Below the pieces are notes generated by a model that saw nothing but the letters and a program-made list of their open reading frames with translations, searched no databases and was not told the DNA's origin. The position numbers and the translations under genes were made by a program. A stretch of 64,000 nucleotides of DNA from Azolla caroliniana (Eukaryota > Plantae > Polypodiophyta), in assembly GCA_043228905.1 (NCBI GenBank), contig JBHGNT010000011.1, positions 21,204,001 to 21,268,000 of the forward strand, read 5' to 3'. Positions 38,401 to 50,708 of this stretch are shown piece by piece; position 1 is the stretch's first letter, and each line of letters begins with the position of its first letter.

Positions 38401-40845
38401 GCATTTTCCTTGGATATGGATCAGACGGCGAAATGGGATACCGACTCTGGGACCCCGAACGCAGACAAATCGTTCGAAGTTCGGACGTTGTGTTCAACGA
38501 GTCGGCTATGAATCCATCGGTCGACAAACCGATCGAAGTCCGAAGGGTAACATTCTCCGATGTGCCGACCCTTCAAGAAGGCCCCGCTCTCAACACACGG
38601 TCAGCTTCACGGGTAGCTGAACCTTATACTACCGACTCGGACAACTCTGACTCGGCACAGCCGAATGATTCGGTTTCGGACCATCCGACCACGATACCCG
38701 ATGCGACCAGTCCAATCATACCTCGACGATCCGAGAGACTGTCGCAACCTCCGGAGAGGTATTCTCCTGGAATTTTCTTCACCGACGCCGGCGAACCGAC
38801 GTCTTACGAAGAAGCATCGACATCTGTCGATTCGGCCACCTGGCATCTGGCGATGGAGTCGGAAATGCACTCCATCCGGGCAAACAAGACTTGGGATCTG
38901 GTCGAATTACCTAGGAACCGACGTGCTCTTCCTTGCAAGTGGGTTTATCGACTAAAAGAGACGTCTGATTCGACCACCCCAAAGTACAAGGCCAGATTAG
39001 TTGCGAAGGGCTTCCGACAAGAATATGGCGTCGACTTCGACGAGATTTTTTCACCAGTGGTGAAAATGACAACCCTTCGTCTTCTGCTCGGCGTCGTGGC
39101 AGCCGACAACTTGGAGCTGATTCAGCTAGATGTCAAAACAGCCTTCCTCCATGGTGATCTCGAGGAGGAAATTTATATGGAGCAGCCAAAAGGCTTCGTG
39201 GCAACTGGCCAAGAACATCTAGTCTGCCGACTCAGGAAGAGTCTATACGGCCTCAAACAGGCACCGCGACAATGGTACAAGAAGTTCGACGACTTCATCC
39301 AATCAATCGGCTTCTCCAAAAGCAATGAGGACCATTGTCTCTTCACCAACACAGCTCGAGATGGATCACCCATCTTCCTCATCATTTACGTGGACGACAT
39401 GCTAATTTCTGGACGCCACGCGGGCGAACTTTCCGATCTAGTTCGGCAACTGCGGTTGAAGTTTGCCATGAAGGACCTCGGTCCGGCACGACACATCCTT
39501 GGCATGAAAATTAGTCGGCATCGCGATAAACGACATCTTTTTTTGTCTCAGACCGACTATATCGGACGTGTCTTGGAACGCTTCAACATGCAATCAGCCA
39601 AATCTGCTTCAACCCCGCTCCCCATGAATCTTCGGCTCTCTCAGCGAGACTGCCCGACATCCGGTTCGGAGGGGGAAGATATGAAGTCGGTACCGTATGC
39701 ACCGGCAGTCGGCTCCCTTATGTACCTGATGGTCGCGACACGGCCTGATATCTCTCATGCCGTAGGAGTCGTTAGCAGATTTATGCACAACCCTGGCCGA
39801 TCGCATTGGAACGCAGTCAAGCATGTGTTCAGATATCTGGTTGGCACAAAAGACCATGGCATTCTTTTCGGACCGAACCGAACCTCAGGCGTAGTCGGTT
39901 ACACCGACTCGGACTTCGCCGGCTGTATAGACAGTCGGAAATCAACAACCGGATACTGCTTCAAATTCGGCAATGGAGCAATCTCGTGGAAGTCGAAACT
40001 TCAGGAGTGCACAGCGACCTCAACGACCGAAGCAGAATATGTAGCTGCGTCCGACGCGGCAAAAGAAGCTTTGTGGCTCGGTCGGCTGGCGCACACGTTT
40101 CGACAAGTCGAACATGACTCGGCTCCAGTTGTCTACAGCGACAGTCAAGGTGCTGTTGCCTTGTCGAAAAATCCGGTTCACCACAACGCCTCCAAACATA
40201 TCGACGTTCGATATCACTTCGTTCGGGACTGCGTCATTTCAGGGAAAATCGGTCTAGAGAAAATATCTACAACCGATAATGTCGCAGATGGAATGACCAA
40301 ATGTCTCTCGGCAGACCGTTTTCGGTCTCTTCGGCATCAGATGGGCGTAACGACAAACCAGTCCGGTTAGAGCCGGACACAGAGCAGGATGGTTCCCGAC
40401 AACCGACATCAGCTCCTTAATGATCGGCTTCAACTGTTCCGACCCGACCAGTTCGGTCTTCTGTCTTCGGATCCTGCCGACTCGAACAAAGCTGATATGT
40501 CCGAGAACCTAAGTCTATACCTGTAATCTTAGATAACCCATGTATACGCCCATTACGGGGGAGTGTCGAATACATGTGTATAATGGACGTATTCACACCA
40601 TCCCGTCTCGGCCATTTATGTAATTAGCATAAAGGGTAGTTGCCCTAAGTCGGTCACTATATATAGTGACCTTGTAACCTCTTTGTGAGGTTGGTTGTTG
40701 TATTGTTGCTTTATGAAATAAGAAGTACTTTTGTGTCTCTCTCTCTCTCTCTCTCTGTGCAACGACCTACATTCTGTCATACACAGGGAATAAACAGGAA
40801 TCGAGTGCTTCTCGATCTTCCGCACAGACGACATTGCTTCCAACA
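35411..40845 (+). mobile_element. Intact Ty1/copia element C1
   Basis: 282-bp LTRs 35411-35692 and 40564-40845 (1 difference noticed), TSD GTGTG, Met PBS 35695-35706, PPT GGGGGAG. Confidence 0.98.
36357..40370 (+). CDS. C1 Gag-PR-INT-RT-RNase H polyprotein (1337 aa)
   Basis: Uninterrupted ORF; CNYCKKPGHIKADC, LDSGAS, HSDVCGP/TDNGGE/AERMN, YVDD, TDSDFAG. Confidence 0.97.
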   Translation: MASTSGSSEMSLRKFDGSNFNFWKEQMQDYLIVKGQIDPIENEEPPEGYKPIEWQKLDRIVRATIRMHLSESVYFTVQSCTTAFELWKTLSDTYEKKVAATKMFLIRRLYNLRMKESDSVQAHLNEYESISSQISSQGTAIEDELRAMILMSSLPPSWETFVTTVCNASTTAVKYSEVTSAILTEAARRKSFAKDSTDDAYVVQGSTDRSNIRGRDSSRPPNNQRRRSQSRDNRICNYCKKPGHIKADCRALKNKNNKKSGRHEEINYVSFSADVLPDDPNILSIENPVGSEVLLTTEESSTWLLDSGASFHVTPHRSQFRQYTIRHSDSVRVGNSQHCDIIGIGTVELNLAGGSTLVLHNVRHVPELSRPLISVGQLDEDGIRAGFSSGGWTLHRGNLLLARGPKIHSLYPLHVTLREGNLFLVDIPVSSLWHRRLGHLSKAGITHLSRAGYIPKLSFSDHQFCEHCQYGKQAAASHPTSAPRETRPLDLVHSDVCGPMPHQSLGGASYFVSFIDDSTRKVWAYPIRTKDRAFSIFTDWLAMVENQTDRKLKCFRTDNGGEFKSEEFVKFCRQRGIRRELTAPHSPEQNGIAERMNRTIQERTVSMLQHSGLSDGFWAEALLTAVHIINMSPSRPLGLQIPQELWIGSKPNYDKLRIFGCEAYALIPKDDRRKLAPRSRKCIFLGYGSDGEMGYRLWDPERRQIVRSSDVVFNESAMNPSVDKPIEVRRVTFSDVPTLQEGPALNTRSASRVAEPYTTDSDNSDSAQPNDSVSDHPTTIPDATSPIIPRRSERLSQPPERYSPGIFFTDAGEPTSYEEASTSVDSATWHLAMESEMHSIRANKTWDLVELPRNRRALPCKWVYRLKETSDSTTPKYKARLVAKGFRQEYGVDFDEIFSPVVKMTTLRLLLGVVAADNLELIQLDVKTAFLHGDLEEEIYMEQPKGFVATGQEHLVCRLRKSLYGLKQAPRQWYKKFDDFIQSIGFSKSNEDHCLFTNTARDGSPIFLIIYVDDMLISGRHAGELSDLVRQLRLKFAMKDLGPARHILGMKISRHRDKRHLFLSQTDYIGRVLERFNMQSAKSASTPLPMNLRLSQRDCPTSGSEGEDMKSVPYAPAVGSLMYLMVATRPDISHAVGVVSRFMHNPGRSHWNAVKHVFRYLVGTKDHGILFGPNRTSGVVGYTDSDFAGCIDSRKSTTGYCFKFGNGAISWKSKLQECTATSTTEAEYVAASDAAKEALWLGRLAHTFRQVEHDSAPVVYSDSQGAVALSKNPVHHNASKHIDVRYHFVRDCVISGKIGLEKISTTDNVADGMTKCLSADRFRSLRHQMGVTTNQSG

Positions 40846-41272
40846 GTGTGTAGTCACTCGCCGCTCCCTCTTGTCCGCCGCTCGCGGGCCACGTTGTTGT
40901 CGACCGCTCCCCATCGGGTTGCCGACATACCCACTCCGGTTTCGCGTGTTCGTATGCGTCCAATAGTGCTCCCTCAAAGGACTCCCATGACTCGTGAGCT
41001 TCTTGAAGCTCCTTGACCTCTTTGGGCACTGATACGACCGCCACTCGAGGAAAATACTCTAGCCGCATCGCCTCGTCCACACCCCCTTTCACCATCTCGG
41101 CCTTGTAGGCTCCCAAAAATTTTAGGACCTCATTCCCATTGAACCGGCCGACTTGTTTGACCACCCTTTGGACGGCTTGTTGAGCTGCATCTCGCTTCGC
41201 CATCTTCCGTCCGGCTTCCATCATGATCTTTGCCATCATCTCCTCGAAGTCGAAGTCTTCTTCCATCTCCAT
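40846..41272 (-). pseudogene. gag: D ORF N-terminal Gag (capsid-like) part
   Basis: VGRFNGNEVLKFLGAYKAEM..FPRVAVVSV..ESWESFEGALL aligns with TW Gag IGRFTGKDATKYLASYGAEM..FPRVAMPSI..RTWEEFEGRLL. Confidence 0.85.
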
Positions 41273-41818
41273 GCTCCCTTGCCGCCCTTCACGTCGGGTT
41301 CACCAAAGATGTCGCGTTGTTACGTGCGCGCGTGTAGAAGGGGCGGGACCACGGGGGTCTCGGACTAGGGAGTAGAGGAGAAAGAATAAGATAGGATATG
41401 GAGGTTTAGCTCAAGAGGAGAAGAAAAAAGAATAAGATCATGACATAGAAGGAGAGATCGGCCAAGGCAAGATGATCAACAAGTTATATTAAAACAAATG
41501 AATGATTACAACCATGGTGGCCGCATGGGCCGCACCAAACGACTATGAGAAAACCCTAAACGAAACCCTAACCCTAAAACGGTAAGAACTCTAGACTAAG
41601 TGCTATACCTTTCATACACAAAATAGGCAACCCCTTCGTAAGTGACCCCTCCCTTCCTTTTATAGCCCAAGGAGGGAGGGACCTTACAATGTGGGATAAA
41701 ATTTCCCCTCTTATTTCTATACACCATTTTCTAGTATACATGTGCACATGTTGCACACCATTGACTTGCCCATTCCACCTCGGTTTCACACCGTAGCAGG
41801 AAATCTTCACGACACCAT

Positions 41819-43559
41819 CGTACAACCACCAGTTTGGGCCAAGCCATTCCACGTGTTCGTCGACGCCTCGGACATAACAATAGGAAGTGCGCTAATGCAG
41901 CTCACCTAGTCAAACTGGTATCGGCCAGTGTACTACGTTAGTCGCAAATTATCAACAACAGAGCGTAACTATTCCACAATTGAGCGGGAGGCGCTAGGGA
42001 TGATCTATAGCATCAATAAATTACGGCATTATTTACTAGGGAGGAAATTCACGTTCCATGTGGATCATTCGGCGTTGCTGTATTTGGTGGAGAAACAAGC
42101 CCTGACGGGGAAATTGGCGCGATGGATGCTGCTGCTTCAAAAATTCGATTTTGGAATTCAGCACCGATCGGGGAAGCAACACATAATGGCAGTTTTTTTG
42201 AGCAGACTTGATAATGGAGAAACAGTACAGAAGGACGACGACGATTTTCCGTACGCCAACATCTTGCGGGTAGCAGCACTGCCAGAAAGAACGAAATCGA
42301 CCTTTCCGGACCGGTGGCTTATGGAAATGACATACTTTTTTACTACGGGACTACCTCCACCATAATTACGCATGGACAAGAAGAAACGACTAGCCGTTCG
42401 AAGCCGTAACTTCTGCCTCGTAGAAGGAATTTTATATCACAAAGGAAGTGACGGCATTTGGCGACGTGGGGTACGTCAGGATGAGAAAGAAGCAGTTTTA
42501 CGGGAGGCGCACTGTGGTACGACAGGTGGCCATTATGCGGGCGATGTTACAGCCCGGAAAATATGGGAGGCGGGCCTATGGTGGCTGACAACGCAGAAGG
42601 ACGCATCCGAGTATTGTAGAAAGTGTGATTTGTGTCAACGAATGGGCCAGCCCACGGAGGGCGCAAGGATGCCACACCAGCCCGTATTACCATTAGACCC
42701 CTTCCAAAAGTGGGGGTTGGATTTTGTGGGCCCCTTCACACTAGCGGCAGCCTGTACAAGCAATAAATACCACTACGAGAAAATACGGCGGCCGTCACAA
42801 CGAGATTCCTTTACGAGCACATCTGGTGCCGGTTCGGTTGTCCGATTGAGCTCATCAGTGACGAGGGGAGCCACTTTATCAATACGGTGGTTCGGGAACT
42901 AACACATCATTACGCCATAGTCCACAAGAAGTAGTACGCCATATTATCCACAGGAAAATGGGTTAGCGGAATCCACCAACAAGACGTTGCAGACCATCTT
43001 GAAGAAAATCGTCAATGAAAATAGAACGGAATGGGATACCAAGTTATAGAATGCGTTATGGGCGTACAGAACCAGCTACAAAACAAGCATACATTCAACA
43101 CCGTTTCGATTAGCGTTTGGGTTGGAGGCTGTGATGCCGGTAGAGATACCCATTTTGTGGATTCAGGTACGGGACCGACTATCGGAAGCCAAGTCGGAGG
43201 AGGTACGACTCCACCAGCTACTCGAACTCGGGGAAAAACGCGTACACAGCATGGCTGTGTTGGAGCAGGAACAACAACGACGTAAAGCGTTTGTGGATCG
43301 ACATCGGAACGCAAGGGAAAAGGATTTCGCCATCGGTCGAGCGGTGCTGGTTTTCCAAACCCGCATGGGCCATATGCCAGGGAAGTTACGATTCCGCTGG
43401 ACAGGCCCGTACTGGATAATTGGAGCGGAACAAGGCACGTTGGTCGGGGAAGTAGTACGACAAAAGGTGAATGGGTTTCTCCTTAAACCCTACCTGGGCC
43501 CTATGCCACCTAACCCATTCACCGCTGGACAAGACAAAGCCGGAGAACCCGCGGCGTAA
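41819..43559 (+). pseudogene. pol: G RNase H-integrase
   Basis: FVDASD, EREALG, H-H-CDLC, WGLDFVGP, WTGPY; no chromodomain. Confidence 0.92.
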
Positions 43560-44140
43560 GTGGACAACCCCACTTGTATCATAATGTATAAATAGGCTGT
43601 ATGTAACAACACTATTAAAAGAGAAAAAAGAGAGAGAAGATAACGACACTATTGTTACCGGCCGACAAAGGAGTCCAGAGTGGGAAACGGAGAGTTATTT
43701 AAGTAGTAGGAATGTGGTTGTAATTAAGTTATGAGTGTGGACGGACGGACCGGAATCGGTATGCCGTTTTGGATCCGGACCGATCCCGAACAGGTGCGGA
43801 TGGCACCGTTTTGTAATACAGACCGGAAACCTATTTAAAGGCCCGGACACAATGTAATGAATAACGGTTAATTAATGAAAGCTTAGCGTTGTTATCTCTC
43901 TGTGTTAATTGCCGTTCTGTCTTAATTGTTATATCTTACGCGTGTGATTAGGAAAGACGATCATGCTTAGTAACTTAATTAAGTCGGAGTAAGCGTTGAG
44001 TCTAATCCGGTTGCCGTAACACCCTTGGGTGAAGTGTCTTCCGTAGACACCTTGTGTTAGGCCATTGTCCGGCCCTAAGAGTTAACACAGTTTTTGGCGA
44101 CCACGATTCCTGTTTTTGCAGCGAACGACGACACAGATGG

Positions 44141-46454
44141 ATGTCTAGATCAACGCACGACCTGGTTACAGATCGAACTCGACGCCTTGCCGAAAGGCAA
44201 AGGAGACGCGAGGCTTTCCAGCAAGCGGCGCAGGAAATTAGAGCGGATCGCTCGTTTTCCAACGTAATCCGGAGAGTAGCGGAGGACTCCCTCTGGTTAC
44301 AACAAACATCGCACCCGGACGACGGTAGCAGCCTAAGCAGCCTCCAGGAAACCGAATCCCTTCTCCACGCGTTGGCAAACAGAGAAGGCGTAGCAGAAGC
44401 CTTTTCAGCATATGAATCAGACTCCGAAGGGGAATACAACGTGCACACGAACTATCGTAGCAGCAACGAAACCCCGGGCGGACCGGAGGACGAAGGATCG
44501 GATACCTTACCGACACCGAAACTGGAACTGCTAACGCTGGAACCCCCGGAACCAGCAGAAGAAGAGCGACCTCCGACACTGGAAGTCGAAGAGGAGAGAC
44601 CTCCGTCACCAAAAGAAGAGGCAAAACCACCGACGCCGGAAACAAAAGAGGAAAAACCACCGACGCCGGAAACAAATCGGGAAAGACCACCGACACCGGA
44701 GAAAATTCCGGAACGAGCACCAACGCTGCCAGCCCGCGCACCGATACCGGACGACGACATGCCGTTCCAGTACTCCAAGTATAGAGATGATCTGGACGTG
44801 GAAGCTCATGTGCACGCCTTTGAACAGACATGGGAAGCCAACCATGTGTCCCAGCGCTTGACCCCGGAGGAAGAAGGACGCTCTAAGATAGCAGAATTTG
44901 GCGTCACATTGGAGAGACCGGCAGCAAGATGGCGCCGGACGCAGGACCCGTCTACCATCAACACCTTTGCAGATTTAAAAGCTAAATTCTTGCATTTTTT
45001 TCAAAAGGAGGTGGACCAGACCATAATGGTAGGCTTATTTTATACCATCCGACAGGAGGCAGGGGAGAGCATTCCCCAATTTGTCATCCGGATTCAACGG
45101 ATGCATAGTCAGCTTTCCCGCGCACCCACGGAGGAGGAATTACGGACTATATTCCTAAACGTGCTCCGGGAACCCCTACGGACGGTTTGCACGGTAATGG
45201 ACTTCCGCACAAGTACCATCGACCAGGTCATTGACTGGGTGAGAGAGATGGAAAAAACAAGCTCCTGGCTCACACTGGGAGCACTCCAACGGGCGTTACC
45301 ATCCGATGAAGACCTCCGGTTTCGGCAAGCAATACAGTGCACAATCTGCTTGAATTCCGGACACTCGGCTCTAGAATGCACTATGAGGACGCAATGTGTA
45401 ATCTGTCAATCCAAGAGCCATACGACGGATAGGTGCAAGTATAATCTGTTGAACTGGCAAGCACCGCCCGTCCGACAAATTGAGCCACGCAGTAGCCGGG
45501 ATGAAGAAGACGAACGCTGGCGGCGAATCGACCGCGACTGACCGGCACAGGATGTCCGGTATGACGATCAATGGGAGAATGATGTCAGGTACGGTGATCA
45601 ACGGGATTACTATGACCGGCATGATCGGTACCGGGATTACAATAGACGATACGAACATTATGACCAGGAGCACTCCCCCGGGTATCGTCAGCAACGGGAG
45701 GAATACGGCAGATATAACGGGCAACCCCGTCAAGAGTATCGTAATAAGAAGAGCTATAACAAAAAACGACATTTTAAAAAAGGCGGCTACCCCCGGGATC
45801 CGGAACAAGGAGCTCCAAGCAGCCAACCGGTCCAAAACCCCGCGCGTACCGCAGGACCTGCCCCGGGTACAACAGACAATGCCGAATCTAGCAATACCCG
45901 GAAAGCCTACTGCTACTACTGCCGACAGGAAGGCCATTATAGTAACCAATGCCCCGTGAAGAGCTATGAAAAAAGACCGACGGTAAATATGGTAGTCCCT
46001 GAGGTGGCAGATCTGCAGCAAGTGACCACAAGGTCGAAGGGCATGGCCAAGGAATGGGAGACGCAGGAGACTATCCGGAAACAAGCAACAGAATGGGTAA
46101 AGAAAGCAAACGAGCAGAATGTCACAGACTTACAGCGGCAAAAGGAGAACACCGTAGGGCTTGCCGGCGGTAGTAACTCCGAGAACGAGACATGGCAGGC
46201 GTTGCAAGAATGCCAGATTACGTTGCCACTAGGAAGACTCCTACAACTCGTGCCAAGATTCACGGAAGGATTGAAGACGGCCATGACGGCAGGAGAACCA
46301 TCACCGGCACCGGTACTCTTCTCGAATCTGGAGGAGGGACCAACGGTGGTGGACACCAGCAGTCCGGTAATCACTGCCATTGTAAAAGGGAAAGAACTCC
46401 CCGGCATAGTTATAGACGGAGGCTTTGGGGTGAATGTAATAAGCTTCTGGACGT
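44141..46454 (+). pseudogene. gag: I gag and protease start (stop at 45539)
   Basis: PPTPE repeats, three CCHC knuckles, IDGGFGVN. Confidence 0.9.
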
Positions 46455-47242
46455 TGTCGGGGTTTTTTACGCCCTTGCGTGTAGAAAGGAGGAGGGACCA
46501 CGGGGGTCTCGAACCGAAGAGCAAGAGAGAGAGGAGTAAGAGAGAGAGACCCGATTACACAGGACCGAAGATCCGATTGCGCAGAACCGACGATTGCACA
46601 GGGACACGGCCCAACAAACAGAGATCACAAATAAACGCCGACGCAGATGGACGCAACAACGAGAGATATGTACTTATGAATGCAAGAAAATAACAGACTA
46701 AAGTATTACAACCCACGGTGGGGCACAAAATAGATACTAACGGACGAACAGGGCGGCGAACAGCTGCCGACCCCTGTATGTCGCGACGCACAGAAAGGGA
46801 AAACAGGTCGGAGGTGCTGCAGGACGCACTCGGGGCGTTCCACGGAACAGCGCAAGCCTCCTCGAAACCTGCACAGGTACGCGATGGAGCAGAAGACAGA
46901 GAGAGCAGGAGTGAGAGAGAAGCTCCGAAATCGGTTCGGCAGCACTTTGTCCTCTCCGCGGGAGATGATCTACTTCTATTCTTCCTCTTCCTTTTATAGC
47001 CCGTCAAGAGGCCGTTTGGCATTAACTGCATACCAACCGAATCTGCCCACCTAGGATCCTCGTATGTACCTACTTCGTCCTTAGGTACTTCTTGGCGCGC
47101 GTGTGTGTGTAGAGCCGTTTCCCACGCCTTGTTCCTCCGATTCCTCTTGTGGGCGGTTTTCTTCACGACATCCGCCCCCACCTAACCGCGCATCCGCCGG
47201 CATGCGCCAAATTGAGTTGGCACGGAGAAAACCGGCCCGCCT

Positions 47243-50200
47243 TTACTCTTCGCCTGCCGGCCCTTCCTCGGCCTCGGATCGGTCGTCGCTGCTATCCAGG
47301 AGAATCGGGTCAGGTTCGTCGTCGTGCCGCTTCTTGAAAGCTTTGATCCTCTTCCCGGCCACGGGTATCGCTATTCTCGTTCCGTCGAGTTCCGCCAGAT
47401 GATACGTCCCGTTGTCGTTGGCGCTCTGTACCGTGTACGGCCCGAACCATCTCCGTGCGAACTTCCGCGTTGCTCGGTGCTGGTTGTCGAGGCTGCTGTC
47501 GTAGACGAGCACCCAGTCACCTTCGTCGATTTTCTTCGGTCGTAGCCGGTGCGTTCGGTCGAACCGGGCTTTGTTCTTTGTCCTCGCCACCCGGAGCTTC
47601 TCCGTAGCCAGTGCCACGTCCTCCGGTCTCCGCTCGAGCTGTCGTATACGTGCGGCCAACAACTCCTCCCGGCTCATCTCGTCCCTCCAGTCGACCGTTG
47701 CCCACGAGGAGATCGTCCGTTCAATCGGCATGATCGGCTTCTGGCCGAACATGAGCTCCGTCGGCATGTACCCGGTTACCGAACTGTGCGTGGTCCGGTC
47801 TGCCCACAAAGCATAAGGTAGCAACCGCGGCCAGTTACCGACTCGGCCCCCGCATGCCCGAATCAACGCCTTGACGATCGGTCCGTGTCCGCGCTCCACC
47901 TTGCCATTCGCCTCCGGATTGTACGCAGTGGTGAGCGAGAGCTTGACTCCAAGCCGGTCGAACAGCTCCGCGGCCTCTTCGGCGTCCAACTCCCCTCGGT
48001 CAGCCACGATCTTCCCGACGCACCCGTACCGGCATATCACGTCCTCGACTAGGAACCGACACACGGCCGCGGTCGTCTTGTTCTGAAGGGCTCGGCCTTC
48101 CACCTGGTTCGTCAGGTCTTCCCGCGCTAGGACCAGATACCGCATCTGTCCTACCCCCATCGGCATCGTCACCAGATCTACCATCCATTTGAAGTGGATA
48201 GTCGGAGGGTACGTAGGGTGAAGCCCGTCCCGGTGTCGGACTATCGAGTGCATCTGACAACTCTCGCAAGTTGACACGAACCGATGCACGTCCCGGTACA
48301 ATCCCGGCCACCAGTACTTCCCCTTCAGCTTCTCAAACGTCGCCCACGTTCCACGGTGTCCAGCCCAAGGGCTGTCGTGGTAGGCCGCCAGTAGCTCCTC
48401 CTGTTCTTCCTTCATCGCCACCACCCGGAGCGGGACGCCGTTCCTCTTCTTCGGGTGCTTCCACAAATGCCCATCTCGGAGAAGGAATCGATATGCTTTC
48501 TTCCGGATCCGGTTGGCCTCGTCCTTCGTCCATGACGCATCGGGCGTCATTGTCTTCAAAAACCCGCCGATCTGCAGCCATTCCCCGTCGTACTTGCTCG
48601 CGTCGAACTCGTTAAGCGCCGGAGTGCTCATCCCGTCGGTCGTTATGTATGCCGCCTCGAAGAAATCCACGCCGACTTCTTCGTCTTCCGAAACCATGCC
48701 GCCCTCGTCGTCGAACCTCGCCCTCGAAAGCATGTCGGCCATGGCGTTGTCTTTCCCGGAAATGTGTCGTATTTCCGGGTCCAGGGACTTGATGTACGCT
48801 ATCCACCTGAGCATCGCCAGGTCCGGAGTCGCGCATCCGGAAACCATACCGAGAATCGGCAGGCAATCCGTCTCGATGATCACTTCCGTCCCTATCAGGT
48901 AGTCTTTGTCGGCCTTAACCGCCGAAACAATACCCCAGAGTTCGCGTTTAACCTGGGCGTACCCTCGCTGCCGTTCACTGAGGACTTTCGCGCCGAATCG
49001 GATCGGAAACCGATTGCCGTCCTCGTCTTCCTGGTTCACGACCCATCCGATCCCGGTCGGACTGGTATCCACCGTTATGAATACCGGGGTACCCTTCCCG
49101 TAAACCGCCTTCCGGAGTGCCGGTGCCGCTGCAAGGGCCTCTTTCAGCTTCCGGACCGATTCCGCGTGCTTGTCTAGCCATTCGAACCTTCGCCCCTTTT
49201 TCAGCAACCCGTACAGTGGCTCCGCGACGTGTGCGTAATGCGGGATCCATATGTGATAGAACGCGCATGCCCCCAGGAATCTCCGTACTTCCGTGACCGA
49301 GCTGCAGTCGGGCTTCATCGCGGAGATGGCTTCTACCTTTGCCGGAGACGGTTTCCGGCCATATGGTCCGCACAGGTGTCCGACCACCATGATTTCTGAC
49401 TGCCCGAAGGCCGACTTCTCCCCGGAGAAGGTGAGTCTCGCATCCTCTAGCCTTTGCAGTACCTTCTCGCAGTCGTCGATGTGCGTCGCCACGAATCGCC
49501 GGCATCCGTCCGGCCCGATCGTCTCGTCCTTTTCTTCCACCGGGCATCCCTTGATCGGGATGTCGTCCAGAAACGGCATGGTAATGTCCGGGACACAGTC
49601 CCTCAGAACCTTGTTCATCGCATTCACCATGTGGGCCACCGAGTTGGTCCCTCCTTGCGGCAGTGTACACATCCGAACTAGGCCGAGGGGAGTTCGCATC
49701 GTCGTAATGTCTCTGCTCTCCACGGCAAGCTGGAACTGGTCGTACCCTGAGTATAGATCCCCGACCGAGTAAATTGACCTTCCGGCGAAGGCCTCCGCGA
49801 ACTCGTCTATGGTCGGCCCGATCCCTGCGTTCCGAATGGTCACTCGATTGACCGGCTGCAGGTCCTGGATGAAGCGCAACGAACCGTTTTTCTTCGGTAC
49901 GGTAAACCATCGATTCGAATATGGGGCGCTCGACGGCTCGAGAATTCCCATATAACCTTTCTGCCTCAGCAGCTCCATCAACTTCGGGATGTGAGCTCTC
50001 GGAACCGGGATTGGCTTGAGATTCCATGGTACATGCGGTACCGTGAAAATCACCATCGGCTCCACGATCGTCGGGTCAACGCACCCGATTTCCTCCGGCG
50101 AGAATGCGAAGGCTTTCCCGTGCCTTCCGAGCATTCTCCGAAACCGGTCTTCCTCCGCCGGCAGTAGGAACCCGCCCCCACCGATTTTGAGCTCTCGGAG

Positions 50201-50708
50201 CGTCTCGTCGGTGAAGGTGTGCCCTATGCAGGCCGGATCTCGTAGACTAGGGTCCGATGCAACCCCTTTGATTCTCGACGCGCTGTCCTCCGGTAAGGGT
50301 GCCGCTACCGGCCTTACCTTCCGGTCCACAGTCTTGTACTTGGTGTTTACGTGGGCCGTCCGAACTGACTCGAGCCCTCGACCGAAGTCCGCGATGACTT
50401 CGTACATCTCCTCGGAACACACCGGTATCGTCCGGTCTTCGTTAAGGCCTTCTTCGACTACCTTTCCCAGCATTCCCAAGGTGTCGTCGAATGAGACCGC
50501 CTCCACGGCTCCGTTGATTTCCTCGTCAGGGCCGAGAACTCCGCACGCTCGAAGTCTCCCCTCCGCCTTTGTCTTCTCTCGGCCGCCGATGCCGACTATC
50601 GTACACGCTCCGCTGTCGGAGAACAAAAATTCCCTACCTATGGTACAAGGTTTCTTCGGTTTTATCGTACAGGTGTGGGGTTTTCCCGGGGTGTCCGGAC
50701 TGTCGTGG
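47243..50708 (-). CDS. pol: B pol (RT-RNase H-integrase), open frame, separated from gag by C2
   Basis: No stops; first in-frame ATG 50473; same motifs as A pol. Confidence 0.9.

Larger units (their letters stand above)
32486..41814 (-). mobile_element. Non-autonomous Gag-only TW-related element D (hosts C1)
   Basis: 505-bp LTRs 32486-32990 and 41310-41814 (~20 differences), TSD CCGT/CCAT, Trp PBS, G-rich PPT; ~2.9-kb interior without PR/RT/RH/INT motifs. Confidence 0.92.
23282..43652 (+). mobile_element. Athila-like non-chromovirus gypsy G (5' LTR 23282-23720, PBS TGGCACGC 23725-23732); hosts H, D and I; 3' LTR not in window
   Basis: TGTT..AACA LTR with TATAAAA; gag-pol rejoins in frame across H (TRGARS) and D (QAPVVQPP). 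Confidence 0.85.

Noticed and set aside
40616-41272. 218-aa ORF as a real gene
   Set aside because: Chimera: D Gag N-terminus running into the antisense C1 LTR.
43653-44087. 3' LTR of element G
   Set aside because: No similarity to the G 5' LTR, and it is followed by a PBS and a new gag; it is the 5' LTR of I.
48975-50027. Long alternative-frame and antisense ORFs over TW gag/pol
   Set aside because: Expected in GC-rich coding DNA; the 350-aa overlap in B is not preserved full length in A.
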